From contig CDROCS010002946.1 in the NCBI GenBank assembly GCA_977020255.1, forward strand, positions 186,001-250,000: a stretch of DNA of 64,000 nt, written 5' to 3'. The DNA is from Obrimoposthia wandeli (lineage: Eukaryota). How positions within the stretch are numbered: the stretch's first letter is position 1; each line of letters starts with the position of its first letter. Both the position numbers and the translations under genes were made by a program. The notes below the pieces were generated by a model. The model was not told where the DNA came from. It saw nothing but the letters and a program-made list of their open reading frames with translations, and ran no database searches. Positions 50,031 through 61,720 of the stretch are shown piece after piece.

Positions 50031-51108
50031 TGGCTGATTTTCTAAATCAATCCCAGTTATAGTTCTGCATTCAAAAAGGAGATAAGAGGGAGAAATTCGC
50101 CGCAGAGAGAAATAGCAGCGCTGGCCGTCAAAACTGCGAGAGGATAGTTGTTGCCGAGAGACACGAAACACCGACCGCATCCGAGAATCCCGCGCTGCAT
50201 CCACCCACACGCCGAGCCGCAGCAGTGGCTGCAACAGACTGACAGCAGAGGGAGATAGCTGCGGTTGTGGGGAGATGCATCCCGACACAGCCACGCATAG
50301 AGGGAGAGAGAGAGAGAAATGGCAGCATCTCCAGGCAATTGGAACTGGGCAGAGAGGAATAAACCAAGAGTCCAGTTGATCTGTAATGCCATCTAAATAT
50401 GGCTAAATTTGTCTCGATCACAGATCGAACTGAATCAAATTAGTCCAGTCGATCTGCGACCGAATCCCAAACAGTGACATTCTTCTGTCACTTTTATCTC
50501 TGGCTTCGCGGAAATAACTACCGCGAAGTCAGAGATAACCCGCCGTTCCCCTGATGAGCCCGGCAGGGCGAAACCGGTGATAAACCGGTCGGGAACTGAC
50601 CAAAATAAAATGATTCTAAAAATGTGCACCGAATGCACTTTTTAATTAACTTTTAATTAATTAAACTTAACAATCCTATGGGGGTAAACCAAGACAGACC
50701 TCTGACGTTCGCAAAAATAAATGAAAAATGAATATCCCGTTTAGCATGTCTGTCAAAATGTGATTTTTTTTTAAAAAACAAAATTATCAAGGCTGTTAAT
50801 CCATAATCCAAAAAATTTGAAGATGAAAAGTAAAACGTCAATTTTTATGTTACACATTCGCGAGTAGTAAAAATATCTATTGCATGATGCATAAAATAAT
50901 AAGAGTATAAAATTTGTTCTTACATTAAAAGTTGATGTCAGGATCAAAATTTCAGTAATTTGCAGAAAAATTTGTATACGAAGTCATTTTAAAAATGATA
51001 AATAGTTTAAAAGTTGATAGGTTTTTGATAACAAATAGGTCAATTGTTCGTGCAGTAATAATAATACCTTTTAACTATACGTTGTCTAGAATAAAACAGT
51101 CGTTTGAA

Positions 51109-52077
51109 TCAGAGTCGGAGTTTGGATATCTCATTTGGGGTACCCAACAAATCATTCAAACGGAACTCCTCCACCAGTCTTTCTTTACGTTTGTCAAAAA
51201 CTCGCTTAATGTTTCTTGCGTCTTCTAAACAAGTGTGATATTTCTTTTGAGATTCTTCTCCAAAATATTTCTCTACCATTGTTTTTAGTGCTATTTTTGG
51301 ATGATTATGGCCTAGTTCTGATCTAATTTCAGTGGATGCACCTAGATCTACTATTCTTGCAAAATGACATCTTTCGAGTCGTAAAACTTTTAAATCATTT
51401 TCTACTCCTGCTCCTACTAGAATGTTTCCGACTAGTATTGTTTGAGCTCTTGCTATAATGTCTTCCGCATCGACTCTTCCTGTCAATGATTTTTCCGTAA
51501 AATGAGTCACTCGATGTACATAATTTTGAATTCTTTCCCTCGGTGTGACTATTTCATGTAACACGATCTGGTTCTTTTCATCTATTATCGTGATACTTCC
51601 TAAATCCTGTTTTTTGTTAACTGCGGTGGCCATTTCACAATCCATAAAATATTTAACGGGTGCCTGTTTTGTAGTATTATGTTCTATGAACATGATTTTA
51701 TTGGTCTTTTTTATAAGCTCTATAAAAAATGTATTGCGTCTAGGACTAAATTTTAATAAATATTCGTTTCTTAATTCGTTTTTACTTATGGTGTATGAAT
51801 GATTTTGGAGGAACATGTAACTTAAATCTTTCTCTTGCTTACTCATAAAGTGGGCTCGTCCTTCTGCTACATGTATCTCTATCTCCTCTATGTCTATCAA
51901 TTCACCTACCAATTCTATTAAACTTATCCTTACATTTTTTGTATGATGCATGGTGATTATGACACTTTTTCTACTAGTTTTAGTGATTTTCAATTTATTT
52001 GGGATGAACGTTTGATTTTCAAAAATGTGTTTGCTCTCATCATTATTTTTAAGCTTCTCTTTCCTATACTGTCTCAT
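51109..52077 (-). CDS. Intronless DEDDh 3'-5' exonuclease (REX4/ISG20-like) with a possible N-terminal RRM-like domain
   Basis: ATG start, 322 aa. Exo I YFMDCEM (D146, E148), Exo II ILVGAGVENDLKVL (D228), Exo III HTCLEDA (H281, D286). Also IVTPRERIQNY, IALKTM. Confidence 0.88.
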   Translation of the reverse strand: MRQYRKEKLKNNDESKHIFENQTFIPNKLKITKTSRKSVIITMHHTKNVRISLIELVGELIDIEEIEIHVAEGRAHFMSKQEKDLSYMFLQNHSYTISKNELRNEYLLKFSPRRNTFFIELIKKTNKIMFIEHNTTKQAPVKYFMDCEMATAVNKKQDLGSITIIDEKNQIVLHEIVTPRERIQNYVHRVTHFTEKSLTGRVDAEDIIARAQTILVGNILVGAGVENDLKVLRLERCHFARIVDLGASTEIRSELGHNHPKIALKTMVEKYFGEESQKKYHTCLEDARNIKRVFDKRKERLVEEFRLNDLLGTPNEISKLRL

Positions 52078-52553
52078 TCTTCTATAAAAGAACTTTTGCT
52101 AAGATATTCATTTTTGGAGTACACTTTGTTTGTATTTCATCGTTGCTTAAATCTATAACTGGTGGTGAAGGACCGTCTAAACAACTTTCTCCCACTACAC
52201 GGATCCATTTCCGTTTGTTTGTTGAGTATTCCATCTGTGATATATATAACAGAATAAGAATACAGCAAGGTCATTAGTCACAAAGCTCATGCAAAAATAA
52301 AAATAAATTATTAGTTCATTAGTTAGTTGGTTAATCAAGAGTCTATATCTAATATTGTACTAGTTCCTTGCTGCTCCATAGACATAAATAAAGTATAGAT
52401 ATATATATAGATATAATTATGTTTATTATTATTATTTTTCTCTCTTTATCCTTTTTTAATTCAGTAAACATTATTTTCCTAAATCATGCTCATAATCTCT
52501 ATTTCATTCTCAGTCTTTATTAAATGATTTTAATTCTACTCACTAGGAATTTA

Positions 52554-52862
52554 CTAATTGTCGCATCCAGAATCATCGCTTTCTATATGTTGGAATCCCA
52601 TCAAGTGATTCACCATTGATCGTAAGGATATTAGTGAATTTAACGCTTCTCTGAGTCTTTGTACTAGTATTTCTTGGCTTGATTGGCTATGTTCTAATCT
52701 TTCAATTGCAACGTCAAAAGCATTATTCATTCGTTCACATTCCATTTCCTTGTCTTTTAAATGCGATCTCAGATTTATATTCTCTATCAACAATTTATTT
52801 TCCCATTTCTTCTGTCTCTTATTTCTTCTTCTATTATTTTGTACCAATTTTGAATTTCTCAT
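52554..52862 (-). CDS. Small basic/coiled-coil ORF (102 aa), unknown function
   Basis: ATG start, Arg/Lys cluster RRRNKRQKK, heptad-like Leu/Ile pattern; co-oriented with the neighbouring retroelement ORFs. Confidence 0.5.
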   Translation of the reverse strand: MRNSKLVQNNRRRNKRQKKWENKLLIENINLRSHLKDKEMECERMNNAFDVAIERLEHSQSSQEILVQRLREALNSLISLRSMVNHLMGFQHIESDDSGCDN

Positions 52863-53016
52863 TTTCTAAAATGATAATAAATTTTTAAGTTTATTTTTTA
52901 CTATCTTCTATTTAAACTAAACACATACGCACTTTCCTTTATCTACATTATAATTACTTTATTTTATGATTAGTTTTTATTTTAGTATTTCATTTCATGT
53001 ATTTCTTATGACAATT

Positions 53017-54265
53017 TTATAAAGATTTTTCTATTTTCTTTTTATTATTCTCAATTATTGTATTTATTGACACGTTAGATGAGTTTGAAGAGCTAGGAAT
53101 GATGGGTGTCATAAATGGGCCAGGTGGTTCACAATACTTAGTCCGATAATGATTCTTGAAAATTGTGTTATTTTTTACTTTAATGATCTTCCATGTTATT
53201 TTTATGATTAATGTGCAGGTTTCGATTATTATGATTGTTATAAAAAATTCCTTGTTATTTATATTTTTGAGTATTTTTGTTTATTAAAGTGTATTTTTAG
53301 ACTTTTATTAAAATGATTTATAGAGTATTGTTTCTGTTGTTTTTAATTTTTGTTAATTGTTTTATTTTCTGTGATATTATTTTGATTTGTTCTTTCATAA
53401 GTCTTTGTTGTGAATGTTGTAGTATGTGGTATTTGTTTTAAGGTTGTTTCTTTGATATATTTCCTAATTGTAATTACTGACCATTGACCACAAAAAATCG
53501 TAAGTTGGTATAATTTGGATATTTTATTTCCTAAAATCCTTAAGTTTGTTAGGTTTTTACAAGTCTCAAATTGTTGTCCCCATTGTCTATACATTATGGG
53601 TTTGTTAGTAATTACACATTCTCTATTATCCATAATTATTTTTTCTGGATATCTTATATTTTTTATAGTTATATTTGTTCTGATTTGTGTTTTTTCTAAT
53701 TGTTTTTCTGCGTCTTTCCAAAAATGATCATTATATCCTCTATATCTAATTCTAATGAGGGTTTTATCTAAATTATCTATTTTAAGTTGAAATTCCCAAT
53801 TTATCATGATTTGATGTTTTGTTATATATTTTGCTGTTGTTTTTAATATTGAGGCTAAGTATAAGTGAGTTTCTATAATTCTTTCATAGAGTGTTATATT
53901 TTTTAAATTCAACTTAACTCTTATTTTGTATTGTGTTTCTGTTCTTAAAAATGGTATTATATAATTTTTTGATTCGATTTTGTAAATATTTATTATTTGA
54001 TTTTTTTCAGATTGTATTATTTGAATTCTTCCTAATTTTTTGTAAAGAGTGATATTTTTAACTTTATTGATGTGATTTCAGGTATTATTGTAATTAGTCC
54101 AAAATTTTTTATGAGATGTGTTGATGAGTCGTATCTTTGTATTTCTTCTTTTACTATTAATTGATTTTCATTCAGGTTTATAGCATTTACTTTTATTATG
54201 TTACTTTTTACTGTAAAATATATTATTAATAACATCATTATTTTACATATTTCTTTTATTGACAT
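53017..54265 (-). pseudogene. env-like type-I membrane protein of the Gypsy element (frameshifted)
   Basis: Signal-like MSIKEICKIMMLLIIYFTV at 54265, middle piece in ORF 53343-53912, TM-like FFITIIIIETCTLIIKITW plus a short tail ending at 53017. Confidence 0.55.
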
Positions 54266-54361
54266 TTTTATTCTATTTATAGTTTGGTGACTCAATTTAG
54301 TCTTGTTTTGTTTTTGTGAGTTTTTTATAGTTAACATTTGTAGAACAGTATTATTGTTAGT

Positions 54362-57300
54362 TGATCTTAAGTTATATTTGTGACTTTTTACTTTTGTATT
54401 TTCCTCTGGTATTTCTCGACATCTGTTTATATGTGTTCTTATTTCTTTTGATTTTGGTTCATTGTCGAGTTTAGCTGTTATGTTAGTTCCATTGGTACTA
54501 ATAACTGTATATGGTCCTTTGTATGGTTTTGATAATTTGTGTGATAATCCTACATTGATTTGTGGATTGTGAATCATTACTTTACTTCCGATTTTTATAT
54601 TTGATGGTTTAGTTCTTCTATCATAATATTCTTTGTAATTTTCTTGTATGTTTTTTACAAATAATTTAGCTTTTTCAAATGCTAGTTTTATTCTTTCTCT
54701 AATTTCTATTTTGTATTCAGGTATGTCTAGGTACTGTGTAGTAGGTTGTAGTAATGTTAGATCAATAGGCATTTGAGGATCTCTGAGGAAAATAAGGTAA
54801 AAAGGTGTTTCTCCTGTAGATGCATGTACTGATGTTCTATATGCAAAAAGGCATGGGGGTATGTGTAAATCCCAATCTGTTTGGTTGTTGTTTGTGTATG
54901 ATGCCATCATATCTTCGAGGGTTCTATTAAATCTTTCTACTAATCCGTCGGTTTGAGGGTGATATGGTGTTGTATTGATCTTTTTATGTGAAAGATTTCA
55001 GCTATTGATGCTAATACATTATTTATAAATTCAGGACCTTTGTCGGTTAATAATTTTCGGGGTGCACCGAAAGTAAAAATAATTTTTTCGACTAAAACCT
55101 TCGCGATGGTTTCAGCCTTATGATCATGTGTTGGGAAAGCCTCTGGCCATCTTGTAAAATAATCCGAAAATACTATTATATATCGATTTCCTCGGGTGTT
55201 TCAGGTAATGGCCCCATTACATCCATGGCAACAGTTTCCATGGGGGCCGATGGATACGGTATTGGTTTTAAAGGTATCTTTGTGGTACGTAAAGTGTTTT
55301 TTCTTTTAAGACATATTTCACAAGTATTACACCAATTTTTACATCTTCTTTCATATCAATCAAATAATATTTTAAATTTAATCTCGAATGTGTCTTTTTT
55401 GTTGAAAGATGTCCTCCTAAAGCTCCGTTATGATATTGAAGGAGTAATTGGCATTGTATTTCTTTAGGTATAACTAGTGAGTACAGATTTTTATCGTTTA
55501 AATAATGTAAAATATTGTTACTGAATTTATAACGAAATTCATGAATTTTTAAATGTTTTCTTAATTTTTCATCCGTTGGAACTTGATTGATGGTGATGTA
55601 CTTAATTATTTGTTGTATTTCCGTATCTTTGCTTTGAAGATAGGTGATTACTTTATCATCATATCGAGCCTTGATTATTGTAAAAATGTTTAATTCGGTG
55701 TCATTGGAATTTATTACATTTACTTCTCTTTATTCTAGATAGGCAATCTGCATTGGCATTTGATTTACCTTTTCTATATTTAATTTCGATATCATATTTT
55801 GGAGAATTAACGCCCATCTCATTAATCTAGATGTTGTATCTTTATGATTTAGTAGCCACTGTAATGGTCTTTGATCAGTATAAACGTGAACCTTTTCTGA
55901 CCTAATAAGTAATGTTTAAAATGTTCCATTGCGAAACAAATATGCCAGGCATTCTCTTTCTATTGTTGAATAATTTATTTCGTGTTTTTTAAGACCTCTG
56001 CTTGCGTAAGCTATCACATGATCTTTTTCGTTATTATCTTGTTGTCCTAGTACTGCTCCTAACGCATATCCACTTGCGTCAGTCATTACTAGAAACGAGT
56101 TGTTGAAATTAGGATATCTCAATATAGGTTTTTCAATCAATTTTGTTTTAAATACTGCGTATGACTCTTGTTGTTTCTGTTTCCATTCAAATTTTTCATC
56201 CTTTTAATAAGTTTGTTTAATGGTGTTGCTATTTGTGCAAAGTTTCTGATAAATCTACGATAATATCCTGCAAGTCCCAAAAATTCTTGTATATTTTTTA
56301 CTGTTTTTGGGATTGGAAAATTCTTTATTTTTTTTCTATATTACTTTCATCTGGTTGAATTCCTTTTGCAGATACTGCGTGACCTAGATAATTCACTTTG
56401 TCTTTCATCCATTCACACTTTTTTGGTTTTAATTTTAAACCTGCTATTTTTAATCTAAGAAATACATTTTCTAAATCTTTTAAATGTTCTTCAAAATTTT
56501 TTGAAAAATTAGAATATCGTCGATATAGACCATGACATGATCGGCGTCCATTAAAATGTGGCTCATGCATCTCTGAAATGTTGCTGGAGCACCTGTTAAT
56601 CCAAAAGGTAAAACGTTAAATTCGTATAATCCTTCTCCTGTTGAGAATGCTGTTTTTCTTTATCTGATTCATCTATTTCTATCTGCCAATATCCACTTTG
56701 TAAATCTAAGGTTGTAAATATTTTTGCATTTTTAGTTTATCTAAGATTTCATCGATTCTGGAAGCGGATATGTGTCTTTATGTGGGATCTCGTTTAATTT
56801 TCTGTAATCTACGCAAAATCTTAGTGAACCATCTTTCTTTTTATCAAAACAACTGAGAAGTCCATGCTGAAAACTTTTCTTATGATTTTATTCTCTAACA
56901 TTCCTTTTACCTGTCTTTGAGCTTCTTCTCTGTAAGCGTATGGGATACGGTAAGGTCGTTGTTTGATTGCTGTATTAATAGTTAACGGAAGGTTATGTTT
57001 AATTAAATCTGTTCGTCCAAGGTCATATTCATTTTTGCAAAAAATTACGTCATATTTCTTGTTGTAAGTTATTACTTTAATATAATTTACAACAAAACTT
57101 CAAGTAATTTACTTGTAAACTACAAAATTTATAAGTTCTTGGATATATTCAGTTTAAAACATAGTAATGTAAAACTCTAATATAATCTAAACATAAAAAT
57201 ACAAGTAATTTACTTATTAATCATAATTTTAATGATTTGATCAATAAATTGACTTGTAAACATAATATAATTTGCATATTTTCAATTTAACACGTTGTAA

Positions 57301-59210
57301 GTTAATACTGTAATATTTCATTACATAAAAAGTAATTCATAGTTTACTATCGTTTACAATAAATTGACTTGTAAACATAATATATTTATGCATATATTCA
57401 CTTAAAAATGTTGTAAGTTATTACTTTAATAAAATTTTCAACAAAAACTTCAAGTAGTTTACTTATTAAACATAAGTTTAATGTTTTGTACAATAAATTG
57501 ACTTGTAAACATAATTTATTTTGGTATATTTTCAATTTAATATGTTGTGTTATTACTTTAATATAATTTACAACAAAAACTTCAAGTAATTTACTTGTAA
57601 ACTACAATATTTATTTGTTGTTGTATATATTCAGTTTAATATATTGTAAGTTAATACTGTAATATTTCATTACATAAAAAGTAATTGATAGTTTACTATC
57701 GTTTACAATAAATTTATGCATATATTCACTTTAATATGTTGTGTTATTACTTTATTATCATCTTAACTAAAAAAACTTCAAGTAGTTTACTTATTAAACA
57801 TAAGTTTAATGTTTTGTACAATAAATTGACTTGTAAACATAATTTATTTTGGTATATTTTCAATTTAATATGTTGTAAGTTATTACTTTAATATAATTTA
57901 CAACAAAAACTTCAAGTAATTTACTTGTAAACTACAATATTTATTTGTTGTTGTATATATTCAGTTTAAAATGTTGTAAGTTATTACTTTAATATAATTT
58001 ACAACCAAATCTTCAAGTAATTTACTTATTAATCATAATATTAATGATTTGATCAATAAATTGACTTGTAAACATAATATAATTTGCATATTTTCAATTT
58101 AATATATTCTAAGTTAATACTGTAATATTTCATTACATAAAAAGTAATTCATAGTTTACTGTCGTTTACAATAAATTGACTTGTAAACATAATATAATTT
58201 GCATATTTTCAATTTAATATATTGTGTTATTACTATAATATTACATTACATAAAAAAGTAATTGATAGTTTACTATCGTTTACAATAAATTTATGCATAT
58301 ATTCACTTTAATATGTTGTAAGTTATTACTTTATTATAATTTTCAACAAAAACTTCAAGTAATTTACTTATTAATCATAATATTAATGATTTGATCAATA
58401 AATTGACTTGTAAACATAATATAATTTGCATATTTTCAATTTAACACGTTGTAAGTTAATACTGTAATATTTCATTACATAAAAAGTAATTGATAGTTTA
58501 CTATCGTTTACAATAAATTGATTTGTAAACATAATATATTAATGCATATATTCACTTAAAAATGTTGTAAGTTATTACTTTAATAAAATTTTCAACAAAA
58601 ACTTCAAGTAGTTTACTTATTAAACATAAGTTTAATGTTTTGTACAATAAATTGACTTGTAAACATAATTTATTTTGGTATATTTTCAATTTAATATGTT
58701 GTAAGTTATTACTTTAATATAATTTATAACAAAAACTTCAAGTAATTTACTTGTAAACTACAATATTTATTTGTTGTTGGAGACATTCAGTTTAAAATGT
58801 TGTACGTTAATACTTTAATATAATTTACAACCAAATCTTCAAGTAATTTACTTATTAATCATAATTTTAATGATTTGATCAATAAATTGACTTGTAAACA
58901 TAATATAATTTGCATATTTTCAATTTAATATATTGTAAGTTAATACTGTTATTTTCCATAAATTCTAGAAGATTTTGTTAAAATTATATGTATTTTTAAG
59001 AGTTGACTTTTTACTATTTTTTGGTGTTTTTCGTTTATTTTTATTTTTCGATTTTGTATCTTGTGTTTGAGTGGTTTGATTTATTTTTGTACTTATTTGT
59101 GTTCTTTTTTCTAATGTTAGACAACCATTTCTAAATATTTCTCCGAATTGATTGGAGAGTTGGTAATTTATTTGTGTTTTGTTCATTGTTTTGGTATTGC
59201 TGATGTATTT
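54362..59210 (-). mobile_element. Ty3/Gypsy pol (RT-RNase H-integrase), frameshifted and split by a satellite at 57061-58950
   Basis: [62 protein letters not shown]. RNase H TDASGYALGAVL..IAYASR. Integrase H..GGH..C..C, MDVMGP, LTDKGPEF, YHPQTDGLVERFNRTL, KPYKGPY. Confidence 0.92.
57061..58950. repeat. AT-rich satellite A, related ~100-135-bp monomers in a variable ~480-bp higher-order unit
   Basis: Recurring TTGTAAGTTATTACTTTAATA and TAAATTGACTTGTAAACATAAT; four monomer types recur in roughly fixed order. Confidence 0.93.
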
Positions 59211-59238
59211 CCTTTTGTAAAGCGATTAGAAGGATTTA

Positions 59239-59418
59239 CCACTTGACCCCCCCCAAAGGGTGTCACTCCATGCGGATGTCACACCATGTGCAGTAGCCTG
59301 CCACACCATAAGGGTATATGCTGCCTCACCTCTGGTGAGGCAACATATACCCTTATGGTGTGGCAAGACACCTTTATGGTGTGACACCCTTTAGAGGGGA
59401 GGGGGAGGGGCCAAGTGG
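59239..59418. other. Large imperfect DNA palindrome
   Basis: 32-bp arms 59299-59330 and 59334-59365 (1 mismatch, 3-nt loop), with further outer arms AAAGGGTGTCAC.CCAT and CCACTTG.CCCC. Confidence 0.88.
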
Positions 59419-59469
59419 CTTGAGACTCCATCCTTCTTTGATATACTACCATGGTCGTCCATAGTTTAA

Positions 59470-59860
59470 AGGGTCAAGTGGCTTAGTCTCCACCCTTCTT
59501 TTGAGATATGTCTACCACTATGAAAGGGTCAAGTGGCTTAGTCTCCACCCTTCTTTTGAGATATACCACTATGAAAGGTCAAGTGGCTTAGTCTCCACCC
59601 TTCTTCTTTTTCAGATATACCACTCATGAAAGGGTCAATTGGCTTAGTCTCCACCCTTCTTTTAGTGATCTAGTTCCACCCTTCTTCTTTTAGTGATCTA
59701 GTTCCACCTTTTCTTTTTTGTGGTCTAGTTCCACCCTTCTTTTTAGTGATCTAGTCTCCACCCTTCTTTTGTGATCTAGTCTCCACCCCTTCTTTTGGCT
59801 AACTACTAATTCAAAGGATCAAGTGGCTTAGTCTCCACTCTCTTTTTGTGGATCTAGTCC
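59470..59860. repeat. Tandem repeats (~50-bp units decaying to ~25-bp sub-units)
   Basis: GGTCAAGTGGCTTAGTCTCCACCCTTCTTTT... then GTGATCTAGT(C)TCCACCCTTCTTTT units. Confidence 0.88.
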
Positions 59861-60486
59861 ATAATGAAAATTTATGATAAAAAAGTTCACTTTAACAATT
59901 AAGAAATGTGTGGTTTTTAACATACACATACAATATTTTATGTGAAATTCTGTGATAAAGTTCACTCTTATCAATTAAGAAATGCGGTGGTTTTTTAACA
60001 CACATACACTATTTTATTATTTTATGAAATTTAAACTAAAGTTCACTCTTATAAGCGGGTTAATGAATGTATTACGTAATCACACACATACTATTTTATG
60101 TGAAATTTAGATCAAAGTTTTTCCTAGGTTTTCACATTTATAGAATTATGATAAAATTTCTTTAAATAACTTCAATTATATATTAAAATAAAAATAAAAT
60201 AAGAAAGAAGTCAGAGAATAATACAAAATTAAACACATTTATTATGTAATTTCATAATATCATCTTCAAACTTAAGTGAATAACATTTACAAAGTAAGAA
60301 AGTCCATTCTTTATACATTCTTTTTGTTTAAATCGACTAAGTTAAATGGAATTAATAGAAAATTAGTAAAAATATTAATTTATTTGAATATTTGAATGAG
60401 AGTTTGAATAAATGAGAGGTAGAATGAATGTAAATGAATAAAATTATGCATGCAAGTATGAATGTCATTTACAAGTAAGAGTCTTA

Positions 60487-61418
60487 GCAAGTGAATGTAA
60501 TTTTAAAATAAGAGTGTCGATAGTTTGATTGAATGCAAGTGTAATTTAGACTATAAGTAAATTAAAATATAGTTTTTGTTGAATAAATTATAGTTAGATT
60601 GAATGCAAGTATGACGAGCAAGTGATTGATAGTATGAATTTCAATACAAGTAAGTGGGTTTAGCAAGTGAATGTAATTTAAAAATAAGAGTGTCGATAGT
60701 TTGATTGAATGAGAGTGTAATTTAGACTATAAGTAAATTAAAATAGAGTTTTTTGTTGAATAAATTATAGTTAGATTGAATGCAAGTATGACGAGCAAGT
60801 GATTGATAGTATGAATTTCAATACAAGTAAGTGGGTTTAGCAAGTGAATGTAATTTTTAAAATAAGAGTGTCGATAGTTTGATTGCAATGTAAAAGTGTA
60901 CTAGACTATAAGTAAATTAAAATAGAGTTTTTGTTGAATAAATTATAGTTAGATTGAATGCAAGTATGACGAGCAAGTGATTGATAGTATGAATTTCAAT
61001 ACAAGTAAGTGGGTTTAGCAAGTGAATGTAATTTTTAAAATAAGAGTGTCGATAGTTTGATTGAATGCAAGTGTAATTTAGACTATAAGTAAATTAAAAT
61101 AGAGATTTTGTTGAATAAATTATAGTTAGATTGAATGCAAGTATGACGAGCAAGTGATTGATAGTATGAATTTCAATACAAGTAAGTGGGTTTAGCAAGT
61201 GAATGTAATTTTAAAAAATAAGAGTGTCGATAGTTTGATTGAATGCAAGTGTAATTTAGACTATAAGTAAATTAAAATAGAGATTTTGTTGAATAAATTA
61301 TAGTTAGATTGAATGCAAGTATGACGAGCAAGTGATTGATAGTGGCGAATTTCAATACAAGTAAGTGGGTTTAGCAAGTGAATGTAATTTTAAAAATAAG
61401 AGTGTCGATAGTTTGATT
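60487..61418. repeat. Satellite B, ~178-bp monomer, ~5 copies
   Basis: AGAGTGTCGATAG at 60511, 60687, 60865, 61043, 61221 and 61399. Confidence 0.95.
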
Positions 61419-61720
61419 TTTAAATTACTTGACATTTTTTTTGCCATTGTCCGTTTAATATAATTATGAATATTCAATTTATTTCTTCAAAAATTCATTT
61501 TATATGTTAAATAATATTCTTTATCACATTATTGTGGTTTTTATCATGATTTTAACCTTAAACTATAAAAAGATATTTTAATTATAAAGTTAGTTGCTGT
61601 ACCTCTGCCCACTGCGTATATAACATAAATTTCAAATATAAAGTACTATTAAGTTTATTATTTCAAATAGTAAATGTTTTTTTTTTCGAGTTATTTAATT
61701 TTGTTTACTAGACATTCGAA

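Noticed and set aside
51545-55467. Plus-strand ORFs 51545-51802, 52679-52888, 53515-53727, 55120-55467
   Set aside because: Antisense shadows of the minus-strand element ORFs.
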